DNA of 64,000 nucleotides from Felis catus (Eukaryota), in the NCBI RefSeq assembly GCF_018350175.1, contig NC_058373.1, positions 100,938,001 to 101,002,000 of the forward strand. The letters are read 5' to 3'. Positions 10,946-22,467 of this stretch are shown one piece after another; position 1 is the first letter of the stretch, and each line of letters starts with the position of its first letter. The position numbers and the translations under genes are program-made. A model generated the notes under the pieces. That model saw nothing but the letters and a program-made list of their open reading frames with translations. It did no database searches and was not told the DNA's origin.

Positions 10946-12621
10946 ATATGTTTTGCATTTTTTCACGGTGGGGTCATTTCTTCCTTGTATAGTAGACATA
11001 GATTGGGTATTTTTGGTGAGAATCCCAAGGATGGGGTGGAAGGTAGATTTTAGCCATCAAAATCATTTGAACTAACCAAATCAACAATAAATCACAAACT
11101 CCAGATTTTTGTTTAAAGGGGAGGAGACCAAGGCAGTGGATGTGCAAATTAGCCAGGCCACGACTTGCTGGCTCTGCTTCATTTTGTAAACAAAAGCAGG
11201 CCTGAATTCAATCAAACATTACTTGTTAAAGTAAACTAGCAAAAAGCTGGTGAAAATTAAAGTAGAACAGAAGATGGTTTCAATAATTTCATTCTCCGGC
11301 TTTTAGCTTAAAAAAATCTACCCACCATTCCATTCTACGGGGCTTGTCCTTTCTTTCAAGATACTTTCATGACAATTAAAGAGCATTTTAGTTATAACCA
11401 TATTGAGAAACGCTACCTGTAGTATTGGGTAAGTTGCCTTGAGAACAAAATTCTAAATACTATCATTTGTTGTTTTGACAGAATTTTTGTAGGCTTTTAG
11501 AGATTTTTTAAGTGACAGAAATGGGACCCAATAGGTTGGCTAGCAGAGCGACTGAATTGTTTGATAAATACCATGTGTTTGGTGTGCTATACTTGTTTGA
11601 AGTGACACTGAGAGATTAGTTGTTTCTAGACATTTTTGGTTAGGTCTTTAATGTATACATTTTTTGGTTAGGTCTTTGAGTTTCCCCTCAAAACTGAAGA
11701 AGCCTAAGGGGTTTTGCTCAGTGGGCCATTGCTTTTGCCTGAGGGAAAGTTTTCCACTGAGGTGACATGTATTTCTCAAAGGAGGACAATAGAAATACCC
11801 TCAGAATCCCTGCATGAAGGGAAGTTCTAATTATTAAGCCTAAATTTACAAGTTACAAGTAGGAATTTTCTTTGCACGTAGAACTGTCATTTTGGGGGTT
11901 GGTTTGGGGCAGGGATCCAGAAGATCATTTCTAAGAGTTTTGGGACTAGTTGTAGCTGTCTAACTATCCACCTAGGCCAAAAGTAATCCTGAGTCATTGC
12001 CTGAAATTCCCTCCACCTGTGAGCTTGTGTTGTGTTCCAGCAACTGAAAGAGGTGTTGATTCATTTCAGGCCTAGTCTGTCTATGATGAAGTTCAACCCA
12101 CCACAGAAGGACTCAGGGGAATTGCATTGTGGGCTCTAGGTCTGTGATTTATGTTTTCCCTGAGCTTTTCTCTGTTTTCTGACAGTGAGGTAGACATCAT
12201 ATGTGTTTAGCCCAAAAGATAATGCACAGTACCCTATAAGAGTGTAGAACAAAAGGTAGGTAAGAATATCTTATAGGCACAGGCACAAATCAACCATTGG
12301 TGATAAAACAACCACCAAAGTGAAACAATAACAATATTCCCCTCCTCTGGAATCAGGTCCAGAAGGCAGATATTTGTGATGGCCTCCCTGAGGGCCACTC
12401 ACTATCATCAAAACATGGAGCTTGGACTTCCTCCTACCCAGGTACCTCAGTGGATTGTAGAATGCTCACCTTGGGGTGGATACAGAAAAGCACTCTCCCT
12501 GCCGTGCCCACTCAGAGCTCTTAAGTACTGGAAGAAGATTCATTTAATGCTTAATGATGATTTGGATGTAAAATATGACCAATTAATCTTCTTTAAATGC
12601 TTTTATTGTGGATCCTCTTAG

Positions 12622-12705
12622 AGACAGTACACTGGATGAAACAACCTCTTATAATTCCTTCTTATTCTTTGGTCTCATGATGATTTGTTTCAATGACATC
12701 ACAGG
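12622..12705 (+). pseudogene. Candidate exon E of the GPCR relic (end of ICL3 and TM6)
   Basis: cctcttag| acceptor; reads DSTLD[+1]KQPLIIP[-1]xLFFGLM vs recalled GPR157 SSMADKKLVLIPLIFIGLR. Confidence 0.5.
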
Positions 12706-12769
12706 GTGGAAACCGTTTTCTCCTGAAACCTTTAAATATCAGCCATGGGAGGAGCTTTTTCTATTTCAG

Positions 12770-12897
12770 GGTTATGTCATTGCTCTGGGAGTTAACGCTT
12801 CTATTTTCAGAAATACTAAATTCTTATCTTTCATCCTGGTACCCATCTATGGCTTTGGCTCTACACCAAGTTACAAAAGTCATTGAGCTTGCAGAAG
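12770..12897 (+). pseudogene. Candidate exon F of the GPCR relic (ECL3 and TM7)
   Basis: ctttttctatttcag| acceptor; GYVIALGVNASIFRNTKFLSFILVPIYGFGSTPSY; YVIAL resembles GPR157 FVLTL; PIYGFGSTPSY has the spacing of the PxQGFxNxxxY TM7 motif of cAMP-receptor-like GPCRs. Confidence 0.5.
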
Positions 12898-13299
12898 GTT
12901 CTTGGGGGGAAATGTCCTGGCTTATATTCTAATAGTCCAAGGAAATAAGGATCAATTTCCTGGCACCCCTACCTTGGTGCCTGCCCTCCTGGGGTGATCA
13001 GGAATGATGTTTGCACCATCTTATAGCTCAGCTTTCACTCCTTTGTATTTATTCCATTGCTGAAAGACTCAGAACATCACTTTTCTAGTACACATTGTTT
13101 GTCTGAAAATACACCTGGAGACTTGCCCAATTTGGAAATGACTTAAATTACAAAAAAAGCACAGCTGTCTTTAACAGCTCTAGGAGTTCATGCAATGAGC
13201 CTACAATTTATTGAGTAGGATTAGATGCTTATTGCCTATGACACTTTAAATACCATTACATTGAAGTTTATACAAGAAAGTCCAAGTTTAAAACTGGAA

Positions 13300-14050
13300 T
13301 CTTAGCAATAACAGCTGGGCCATTTGTTTATGTGATAGGCAGGAAAGAATGACTTCTGTAATCTTCGTATTTGGCTTCAGGATTCTGCTCAGGAGGGAAA
13401 AAAAGATGGGGAGGGGGGAGAGAGAGAAGCTAATTTCAGATTGTCAAGCTGAGCTGAACGCTGCTGGCTAATTTGTCCCTCATGTTAAGACCTCTGCCAA
13501 GGTTCCTCTTGTATCCTCTTGCTCTCTCACACCTGACAAACCAGCACTTGAAATACTGTAGCCCACCTCTCTGACAGCAAGGGGTATGTCGCTAGCTAGC
13601 TTGCAGCTCTCTCCCCCAGGCGGCTCACATTCCGCATTTTGTTTCTAGCATGAAAGACTTTGTTTTAAATCATAATAGCAACCAGGCTGTAATCACATTA
13701 GAGCGCACATGGAGAACTTGCAAACAGTCATGTGTTTTGGATTTGACATTCTGATTTATGGTTGTGTGCTCCAGTTACACAGCTGCAATCTCATTTTCCG
13801 ACAAAGATGTTTTCTATTTTTCTATTACTTTGCTTCACCCTGTCTTTATGTTGGGGAAAATGAAAGCCACCAGGTGAAGTCATAACATAAGTACAAATGT
13901 TTTCGTGTTTGGGTTGGAGAGCGTAATAAATGGTGTATACCGGCATTTCAAACACAGCTTGTTATTTTTGAATAAAAGTGTAAAGGGAATTGCTTATTTA
14001 AGGTAATCGCAAATTACAGAGGTACGTGGAAATTTGTTTGTAAAACCCAG
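13300..14050. promoter_or_regulatory. Repeat-free candidate enhancer/conserved element
   Basis: No recognisable repeat; TGACA (13744) next to TGATTTATGG (13752-13761); further TGACA(G) sites near 13442, 13534, 13572; ACATTCC near 13628; CAGCTG near 13779. Confidence 0.4.
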
Positions 14051-14199
14051 AATTGTCTTACAAACTTTCTATCTCTATCACCTGATATCAATTTCCTAGA
14101 AGGTAAATGGATGGTAATGTTCCATTTTAGATATTTAGGTAAAATGAGCTCCCTACTTGCTATATTCATTTCACAAAATTCTAATACATTCCGGATTGG

Positions 14200-14350
14200 G
14201 AACTTCTAAAGATAATCTCTGCCAAGCTGTGCACTGTGCAACCCAGAGATGTAAAGTGACCTGCCCAAGGTCACATAGCCAGTTAGTGACAGAGAGCTTA
14301 GACTAGATCTACAATTTTTTCCGTCCCAATCCAACACATTTTCCACCTCT
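14200..14350 (-). mobile_element. MIR
   Basis: cccagagatgtaaagtgacctgcccaaggtcacatagccagttagtgacagag MIR core. Confidence 0.8.
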
Positions 14351-15376
14351 CCATTTAAATGTGAGTTGAACAGCACTTCTTGTGCTAAACTGACCACCAC
14401 CACAAAGAATATTCCGAGTCTTTTGTGAACATATGAAAAAGGAAATTTCTTTTACTTTTTTTTTTCTTCATGTCTAAACATTTGCTGCTGTTGTTGTTGA
14501 GTGTGGTGAAAATTCAGAATCCTACCTGGTTCACTGATTCCTGACACAATATTCTGTCTTGGTCTCGTATTTGGATTACATTATTGGCAATAAATGCAAC
14601 AATCTTGAACTCAGATGTGTTAAATTGAGTTAATGTACAAATAAAAAGTATTTGTACTTTAAGAAAATTAAAAAGATATGTAGTATGAAGGCATGCATGG
14701 TATAAGCAGTCAGATTGACTTGGAAATCTCTATAAAGAATAGAAAGAACATTAAAGGTCTATTGGCTGGATCATTTTGGTACCCATTTTCCTCTTGCATA
14801 AACTTGTTTTGTGAGAAGATTTTGGATTCTATGGTCATTAGGTCACCATAGTTTTCTCATAGAGAAGAAAATCCATATACGTAGTAATTATCACATTTCT
14901 TAGTAGTATTTTCCAAATTGTAAAACATGATAAAATGTTTCCCTCTTGTTCAGGGAGTGGAAGGAGAATGAAGACTAACAATTTTGTTCATTATTTTTAG
15001 CTGAATGCACACGAACAGGTCCTATATTCAAGTTTTAGGTTCCCTTACCTATCAGCAATAACACTTAGCAGGTGTAGTAGACATATTTTTGGTGGTGATA
15101 TTGGTCTCTCCCAGCCTCTATTCTTCCCCTTTTCTGCCAACAGCACTGAGATTTTCCTTTTGAGGAAGTTACTTCCACCTCATTCTCATCCATGAGAATT
15201 ATCATCCTACCCTGAACACAAAGGGTAAGCTGATTCCTTAAGCCAATCACCTTATCTCATCTGCTCCTCTGTGACAGTGATAGCATGTGGTTGAGCATGT
15301 GACAATGTGGGCCAAAGAGATTGATGTTATCATTCAATGTGCTGTGATAAGAATGGGACTCCTAGAATTTAGCAGC

Positions 15377-15397
15377 TTTTTTTTTTTCTTTCTTTTT

Positions 15398-15433
<36 letters not shown>

Positions 15434-15447
15434 CTTTTTTTTTTTTA
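15377..15447. repeat. ~70-nt poly-T tract
   Basis: Direct reading. Confidence 0.95.
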
Positions 15448-15568
15448 TCTCAAGGGAAAGACCTGGAGCTTCTAAAGCAGCTAACATTGAGGAAGGCAGA
15501 ATGGAGGAACAGGGAAAAACACATGTCCTGTTTCATGTCAGATCAAGCTTCTGCTAAAGGTGGTCCTA

Positions 15569-15965
15569 TGTGGCAATCCACTCTGGTAGAGGCCGGCAGT
15601 GCGGGCAGTGAAGGAATTCACCCAAGGCAGAACAAAGGAGATAGAAGTTTCTGGAATACACTGCAGAGGAAGAGCAGGCAGGACAGCAAAGGAGAGACTG
15701 CCAGGAGACAGTGCTGGGGGTTGGGGAGGGGGTGCTGTAGTTAAGACGGAAGGGAAGGAGATAGGTATGGGAGGGAATGTGTGGAATTCTTTTTTGGTAC
15801 CTGTGCCTGGTTGTAAGTAGCCCATTGGTTGGCTAGGGCTTATGGCTATTTTGAGGTGGGTTGCCTAATGGGCCTATTTGCATTCAGCCTGGTGGTCACT
15901 GTGGGCCCTTCTACCTTAGTCAGGTTTCCATTGTTCAAGTTGGTTGCCTAAAAGCGGTCTGTGTA
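15569..15965 (-). mobile_element. Carnivore ERV solo LTR
   Basis: The - strand ends ...gagtggattgccaca; CCAAT and ATGCAAAT motifs; U5-like ttgggtgaattccttcactgcc; right boundary approximate. Confidence 0.65.
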
Positions 15966-17179
15966 GGCCCTACCTGGATTTTTATTCACAGATTAAAAAA
16001 TAAATCCCACTTTAAGGTTTTCCAGAACTTGTAACTAGAAGACTCCTGATATACCAGGCAAGTGGAAAGACAGTGAATGTTCGATTTGGGCATAGCTATC
16101 AAGACAGTTTTTTAGAAGCATGTGCCTCTATGGGATCTCATCTATCTTGTGGCAAGGAATGAGTTTATACTTGTAGTGTTCATCAGAGTGAATGACCAGA
16201 GTGGGAGCCCCTAGGAACTGTAGCTATTATTATGATAACGATGATGGAGGTGACTATGATCTCTAGAGTTTGGGTCAGGGAAATTATTTGGCAAATACAG
16301 AGAGAAGATGCTGAGAAATGTGTCTTTGGCTGACATAAGAGTAAGATTATTGTTAAAGTTTTTTTTTACTTTATCAGAGTATTTATATTAAAGACAAGCT
16401 TTACAATTTGCCTCAATTCCCCCCCCCCCTTTAATATTAAAAAGAAGTTCTATATGTTTTTCTCAAAGTCTCATTGCTTCTATCATGGGTCTTCAGTGAA
16501 GGGTGAGTACACCCCACCCTATTATGTTATGATAAGCTGACGGTTGGCTCAGGATCCACATTGTTCCAAGACACTACCCTTAACTACAAGCAGGTTTCCT
16601 TAAACTAAATCCAAAGTACTGTTTCTATTGTCCGTACATTTTTCAGGGCACATCAGTGTATGATCCCTGAAAGCATGAGGCACTGGAAAATGGTGTGAAC
16701 TGCAGTAATCACACTATTACTGTAAGGGAAACAGTTTCCTTTTCCTACAGATAATCTACCAATTATAAAGTTTGTTAACTAAAACTTGTGTAAAATCTGT
16801 ACTGACAAACACCAATAATAAAAGTCTTCTTTCGGTTGAATCAGGTTTGTCCGAAAATGGGAACTATCTGCGTACATAAAATGTGTGAATCTTTGAAAGG
16901 CACTGCATGTTTATTTAACTTTTTTCCTTTTAGTATTATAGAAGGATTTAGTTGACCTTATCCATGAAAAGATGTACATTTTTATCTTAGGGTAATTTAG
17001 AGCATAAGGTGTGTTCATATACCCTGAATTTACCACCGTTTTAAGTAGTTACCTGAGTCACCATCATCATAGGTAGTTGAAGTTTACTAAATTATGCTGA
17101 GTGCTCTGTGACTCACCTGACAGTGGATGTGAAGTGATGAAACCACCCCAGGTGCACATTTACCGATATGACACCTCAA

Positions 17180-17360
17180 GCAGAGGGGACTCACCAAGAG
17201 GCTAATGAAGCTTAAGTTTTAGCATCCTACAGTTAACATGTCTCTTCTAAGGATCTGGGTGGGGGGACCCTAGCAATTTTTACTTGTAACCTTTCATTTG
17301 TTTTCCTAAGGAAATGATATAAACCTCAGCGTCCCCAAAATAAGGAATATCTTGATCCCT
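17180..17360. mobile_element. MER91-like hAT-Tip100 MITE relic
   Basis: aggctaatgaagcttaag...ccctagcaat...tataaacctcag. Confidence 0.45.
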
Positions 17361-17589
17361 TTATTTCTTTTGAGAGGTAGGAACAAAGGGAGAGCAAAAT
17401 CCATATGGGTTTGAACCCCCAATCATAGTGTTCCTTACAGGAATAGAGGGTTAAAGATACTCCTCCCTTCTGGGATGCAGAGAGCATACCATTCAGAGGC
17501 TGTGACTTCCGCTCATGTTTTAGAGAGAGAAGTGTAGTGCTGCACAGCCATACCTGATTAACATGCAAAGCAGTGGGCAATGCTGTGTC

Positions 17590-18085
17590 GTGGTGGTTAA
17601 TTTTATGTGTCAGCTTGACTAGGGTAAGGGATACCCACAGGGCTGGTAAATCGTTACTTCTCAGTGTGTCTAAGGGTTTTTTTTTCCGGATGAGATTGAT
17701 TAGCATTTCAATCTGTACACTGAGTAAAGAAGTGTACCGATGCAGGTGGGTATCATCCAATACACTGAGGCCCTGGATACAATAAAAAGGTGGGGGAAGG
17801 GAGAATGTGTTCTCTGCTTGAACTGAGATGTACTTCTGCCTCAGACACTGGTGCTCCTGGTTCTTGGACCTTCAGTCTCAGACGGGGACTTAACACCATT
17901 GGTTCCTTTGCTTCTCTGACCTTTGATTTTGGACTGATACTCTATCACCCGCTTTCTTGGACTTTCAGCAGCACTGTGGGACTTCTGAGTCTTCCTGATC
18001 ATGCAAGCCAGTTCCTCATAAATCTCTTTCTATATATCTATATACAGGCTTTTGGTGTATTTCTCTGAGGAACCCGCCTAATATA
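17590..18085 (+). mobile_element. MLT2 (ERVL) solo LTR
   Basis: gtggtggttaattttatgtgtcagcttgact start; ...ttctctgaggaacccgcctaata end. Confidence 0.85.
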
Positions 18086-18479
18086 TACGTAGTTGCAGAG
18101 ACTAAGGACTTCTGTAATTTGTCGTTAGTCCTGGGATAGGAGATTGATAACCCGGGGCAGGTATAGCATGCAGGCATGAGGACACTGACTGAGCACGGGA
18201 CCCAAGGAAACAGGAAGAAACTGAGTGTAACCAGTGCAAACAGATTTCTGGTTTCGACAGGCTACTTAAGTGTCTGTGTCAGCCTTTTGTGAAGGGAATT
18301 GGCAATTAGAATCAGAACCTCTGCATATTCTTTGGAAACTACAGCTGGCAGTTAACCACATAATGTCTGTATAGTAAGCTAACCATGTAATGTAGTGTTC
18401 TACCATACAAAATATGTAGTAGAATGTATTTATCACTTCACAGCACAAGTCATTTACATAGAACATTTCCGCAATGATA

Positions 18480-19165
18480 GTAATATATGAATACAAGCTC
18501 ATTTAAAATACATTCAGACAATACAGATAAAGGAGAAGTCCACTCTTGGCTGTCCCCCTTCCCCTATGTTTACTGTGCTAATTTCAGTCATTGCCTCCAG
18601 AGAGGTAACCCACATCACCAGCTCTGTTATGTTCCTCCATACCTTTTTACACGTAAATTTACATTTGCAGCTGCACTTAAATGTAAATATTACTTTATTG
18701 ACTTTCAGGATCAGCTTTCAAAAAGAACAAGAGAGTATCCTACAATACAGGTGCTGCAACTTTTGTTTTAAGCTCCATGATATGTATTAAAGAGTCTTCG
18801 TATCACTACATTAGACATATCTCATAATTAACTGCTGCATAATACCCTGCAATGTGACCATACTGATATTTGTTTACACCTTCCCTTATTGAGAGAGGCT
18901 TTGCTATTGTAGTCAATGATGCAACAAATATTTTTGTGCATTTTTCTGCGCATTTGTGTGTGCATTTCTCTAGGGGGGATACAAAACAGTGGATCCTTAC
19001 GCTTTACATTTTAATGGAAGCTATCACTCTTCTCCAAAACTGTTATTCTTAGTTTATGCTTCCACCATACCTGAGGGTGCTCAGTTCCTCATCTCAGGTA
19101 ATATACGATGGGAATCCTTCTAATTTTTTGCTAATTTGATGAGTATATAAAGTTTTCTAATTATT
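18480..19165 (-). mobile_element. Old L1 (L1ME-like) 3' relic
   Basis: aactgctgcataatacc...tttgctattgtag...gtttatgcttccacca antisense L1 motifs. Confidence 0.6.
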
Positions 19166-19181
19166 AGATCATTAACTTTTA

Positions 19182-19378
19182 TTAATATTTTATTTATTTG
19201 AGAGAGAGAGAGAGAGAGAATGAGGGAAGGGCAGAGAGAGGGAAAGAGAGAATCTCAAGTAGTCTCCATGCTTAGTGCAGAGCCTGACCTGGGGCTCAAT
19301 CTCACAAACTGTGAGATCATGACCTGAGCCGAAATCAAGAGTCAGTCGCTTAACCTACTGAGCCACCCAGGAGCCCCT
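19182..19378 (-). mobile_element. Can-SINE
   Basis: Standard body; imperfect TSD atcatt(a/t)a...tttta. Confidence 0.92.
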
Positions 19379-19770
19379 GTATCATTTAATTTTTAGGTAA
19401 GTATTTTGGTCTCTTTGTGAGATTCCTCCTTAAAGAACAAGCCTAAATATTTTTATATTTAGATACTTGTACTTATAGCTTGTCTATTATGGAGACGATT
19501 CTGGAATCCAAATTTGGCAAAACAAGGTAAGCAGCCCTTTTAAAATGCAGACATGGCAACTTGTATTTCTGGCTTGTTGTGTTGTGGATTACATCTACAT
19601 CTGAGATGGTTTCTACCTCAATGTTCCAAGGAAGCACAGCAGAAATCCTAACAACTAACCTTAAGTACATCTAATAGACCTAATTAAAGTAAGTCTAATT
19701 GCCAAACATTTACTCAGTAACTATTATGTTCATAGCCCTCTGTTAGGAGTAAAAAGATACATGAGATATA

Positions 19771-19888
19771 GAGTGCCTGGGTGGCTCAGTCACTTAAGCA
19801 TCTGACTTTGGCTTAGGCCATGATCTCATGGTTGGTGAGTTTGAGTCCCACATCAGGCTCCACACTGACAGCATGGAGCCTGCTTGGG

Positions 19889-19935
<47 letters not shown>

Positions 19936-19995
19936 TCCTCCCCTGCTCGCTCTCACTCTCTCTCTCTCCCTCCCTCAAAAAATAGACTTTTTAAA
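19771..19995 (+). mobile_element. Can-SINE
   Basis: Standard body with long (CT)n; TSD aaaaagata(c/a)atgagatat. Confidence 0.93.
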
Positions 19996-20297
19996 AAAGA
20001 TAAATGAGATATGATACTTACTCTCAAGTATTTTACAGTTTGATAATGAACAATGTACAGGCTGAAAAATGAATGTAATGCAAGGAATATCTCACTAAGG
20101 GTCAAATGACATGCAAACTGGATGCTCCAGAAACTTTTAGAAGGGAAGTCTAATTGAGATACTGGGACAGGCTTCAGAGCTTGTGTCTGGGTAGATTTCG
20201 TGTGACAGCGGGAATAGAGAAGGACAATCATGGTTGAGAGAACAAGGAGAAGAGCACAAATGTGGGGCTGTGTGTCAATCTCTGAGGCCTAACACCT

Positions 20298-20326
20298 GTG
20301 TGTGCATGCGTGCATGCATGTGTGTA

Positions 20327-20366
<40 letters not shown>
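20298..20366. repeat. (TG)n microsatellite, imperfect 5' half
   Basis: Direct reading. Confidence 0.95.
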
Positions 20367-20369
<3 letters not shown>

Positions 20370-22279
20370 GTCCGCATGCATGCCTTGCTCATGCACACAC
20401 TAAGGATGAGATTTGGGAGTTAGTGTGGGAGATAAGCCTGGAAAGTTATTCGGGCCTGGAAAGGACATTATTCTGTAGGACAGTATTTTTCGATAGGCAG
20501 ATCAACTACACCTGAACGGGTTAACCTGCTTATTTAAAATGCACATTCCCAGCCTCACCCCAACTGGATTAAAATATCTGACATTTGGGGCCCAGGGGTC
20601 TTCATTTTTAACAATATCCCATAAGAGTTTGGGTTTTGTGTTTTTGTTTTTGTTTTCAGTGCATTAAATTTTAAAATCACTCTTTCAGACAAGAGTGAGC
20701 CTTTGACAAACTTTGACTCTTTTTCTGGGAGGGGTCTAAGGAAATCAACCACTTAGGGAACATCCTGCAGGTGGTTAAGGGAAAGGAAAGGGAAGTGACC
20801 CTGGGGGAAAAAAAATCCTACTGGCTAGTGCCCTTGGGACATACTGTCTTTGGGATTGCTCTAATATCAGGATGTATGTCGGTCAGAGCAGCCCAGGTCA
20901 AAAACAGAGATGCATTTAGGACCATTTAAAACCAATATTAGCCTGAATGCTCTTTGAAAGAGGCATAATTAGGAATGTAAAAGTCAGGTTACCTCTGATT
21001 AGTGAGAAACTGAGTGAAGGGTGAATCCATTAGGAGCTACTTGTGAGACATTCACACTTTAAGAACACTGCTTTGATGATTTTGAAGGGACCGCAGTGGG
21101 GGAGAGAGGTAGCAGAACCAGTTCCTACTTCAAAGACCTATTACAGTGTTTATCTTTTTAGGGCAATACCCTTAATTGTTTTGAATGGCACTAAAAGGCT
21201 CTTTTAATTTGAATATGAATGACGCCATTTGCAGGTAAATTTTGGTTGACCTTAAGGTTAACTCCATACTATGAAACAACTGATATTTTTTAGAGGTTTG
21301 CATTTGCCTGTATGTATTTGTATTTTCATGTGCATAATTCCATGTGCTTTTATGGACTTTCAAATTATATTGAAGATGTTAATCCTTGCTACTGGTGAGA
21401 TATTTGGGATAGAGATCTTTATGACTTCTTTGGAAATGAGACAAAGGTCAAGTGTTTTCCTGCATTCAATACTGGAGACTTGGTTTTCCAAAGTCTAGTC
21501 AGGATTCTTCTCTCTAAATGCCTTGATGACAATTAAACTGTGATGGTGATGCACTGTAGCAGATAAGGAAATAGTTCTCTGTCCCCTGCAGATGGAAACC
21601 CTCTGGGGAAATACTGCAATCTTAAGAAATGGAGGCCAGCCACACACAAAGGATTTTGAGAGGCTTAGCTGTGAAGAGGAAGATACAGTTAAACAGGAAG
21701 AGGCAAGTCACTGGACAACCTTAAGATTCTTTCTTCAGATAGATATTTGAGTTGGATTTTAGCTGCTGTAGTAAACCCCTGGAGCAGAAGATGCTCTACC
21801 AAAATACACTTCAATAGGGGTATCATCTTATGTAGGAGATGTCACGGTAATGGTAGAAAGGAAGGACTGCATAGAAGTGGGGAACAGGTTTAGGGCTTTT
21901 AGTGTGCCAGGTCTACATTGCAATAAAAGGAATCGGGAATTTAACAACATGCATGGTGTACCCACCAACTTCGGGGCACTATGCTATTTATACATTTAGG
22001 AATTGGAAAAACAGATAGGATCCAATAGATGTAAGCTTACAAAAGTTACCAACACTTACAAAATTTTCTCATTGGTGGTGCTGCCAGAGGTCCCATTAGC
22101 ACATAGGGCAACAGCTTTCTAAAATAAGGGATGTGGCATGTAAGAACCATGGCGACAGTCACTAGAAATGGCATATGTGGCTGAGCAATAAAGAAGGATC
22201 ATGGTGTGTTGTTTTCAAGTCTCCAGGCCTAGAAGCCCTGTATTTTCCTTTACTGCCTTCAGTACCTTGATAAACTTAA

Positions 22280-22467
22280 AAAAAAAAAGTTTATTTATTT
22301 TTGAGAGAGAGTGGGGGAGGGGCAGAGAGAGATGGGGGACAGAGGATCTGAAGCGGGCTCCATGCCGACAGCAGAGAGCTCAATGCAAGGCTCAATATCA
22401 TAAACCGTGAGATCATGACCTGAGCTGCAGTCGGATGCTTAACAGACTGAGCCACCCAGACGTCCCT
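22280..22467 (-). mobile_element. Can-SINE
   Basis: Standard body; TSD cag(t/c)accttga. Confidence 0.92.

Larger units (their letters stand above)
15072..16055 (+). mobile_element. MLT1-type MaLR LTR, interrupted by a poly-T tract and a younger LTR
   Basis: tgtagtagac start, taagccaatca and catgtgac motifs; 3' end aataaatcc...cttgtaactagaagactcctgatatacc. Confidence 0.55.

Noticed and set aside
12767..12790. GYVIAL resembling a myosin XV SH3 start
   Set aside because: Downstream residues do not fit an SH3 domain
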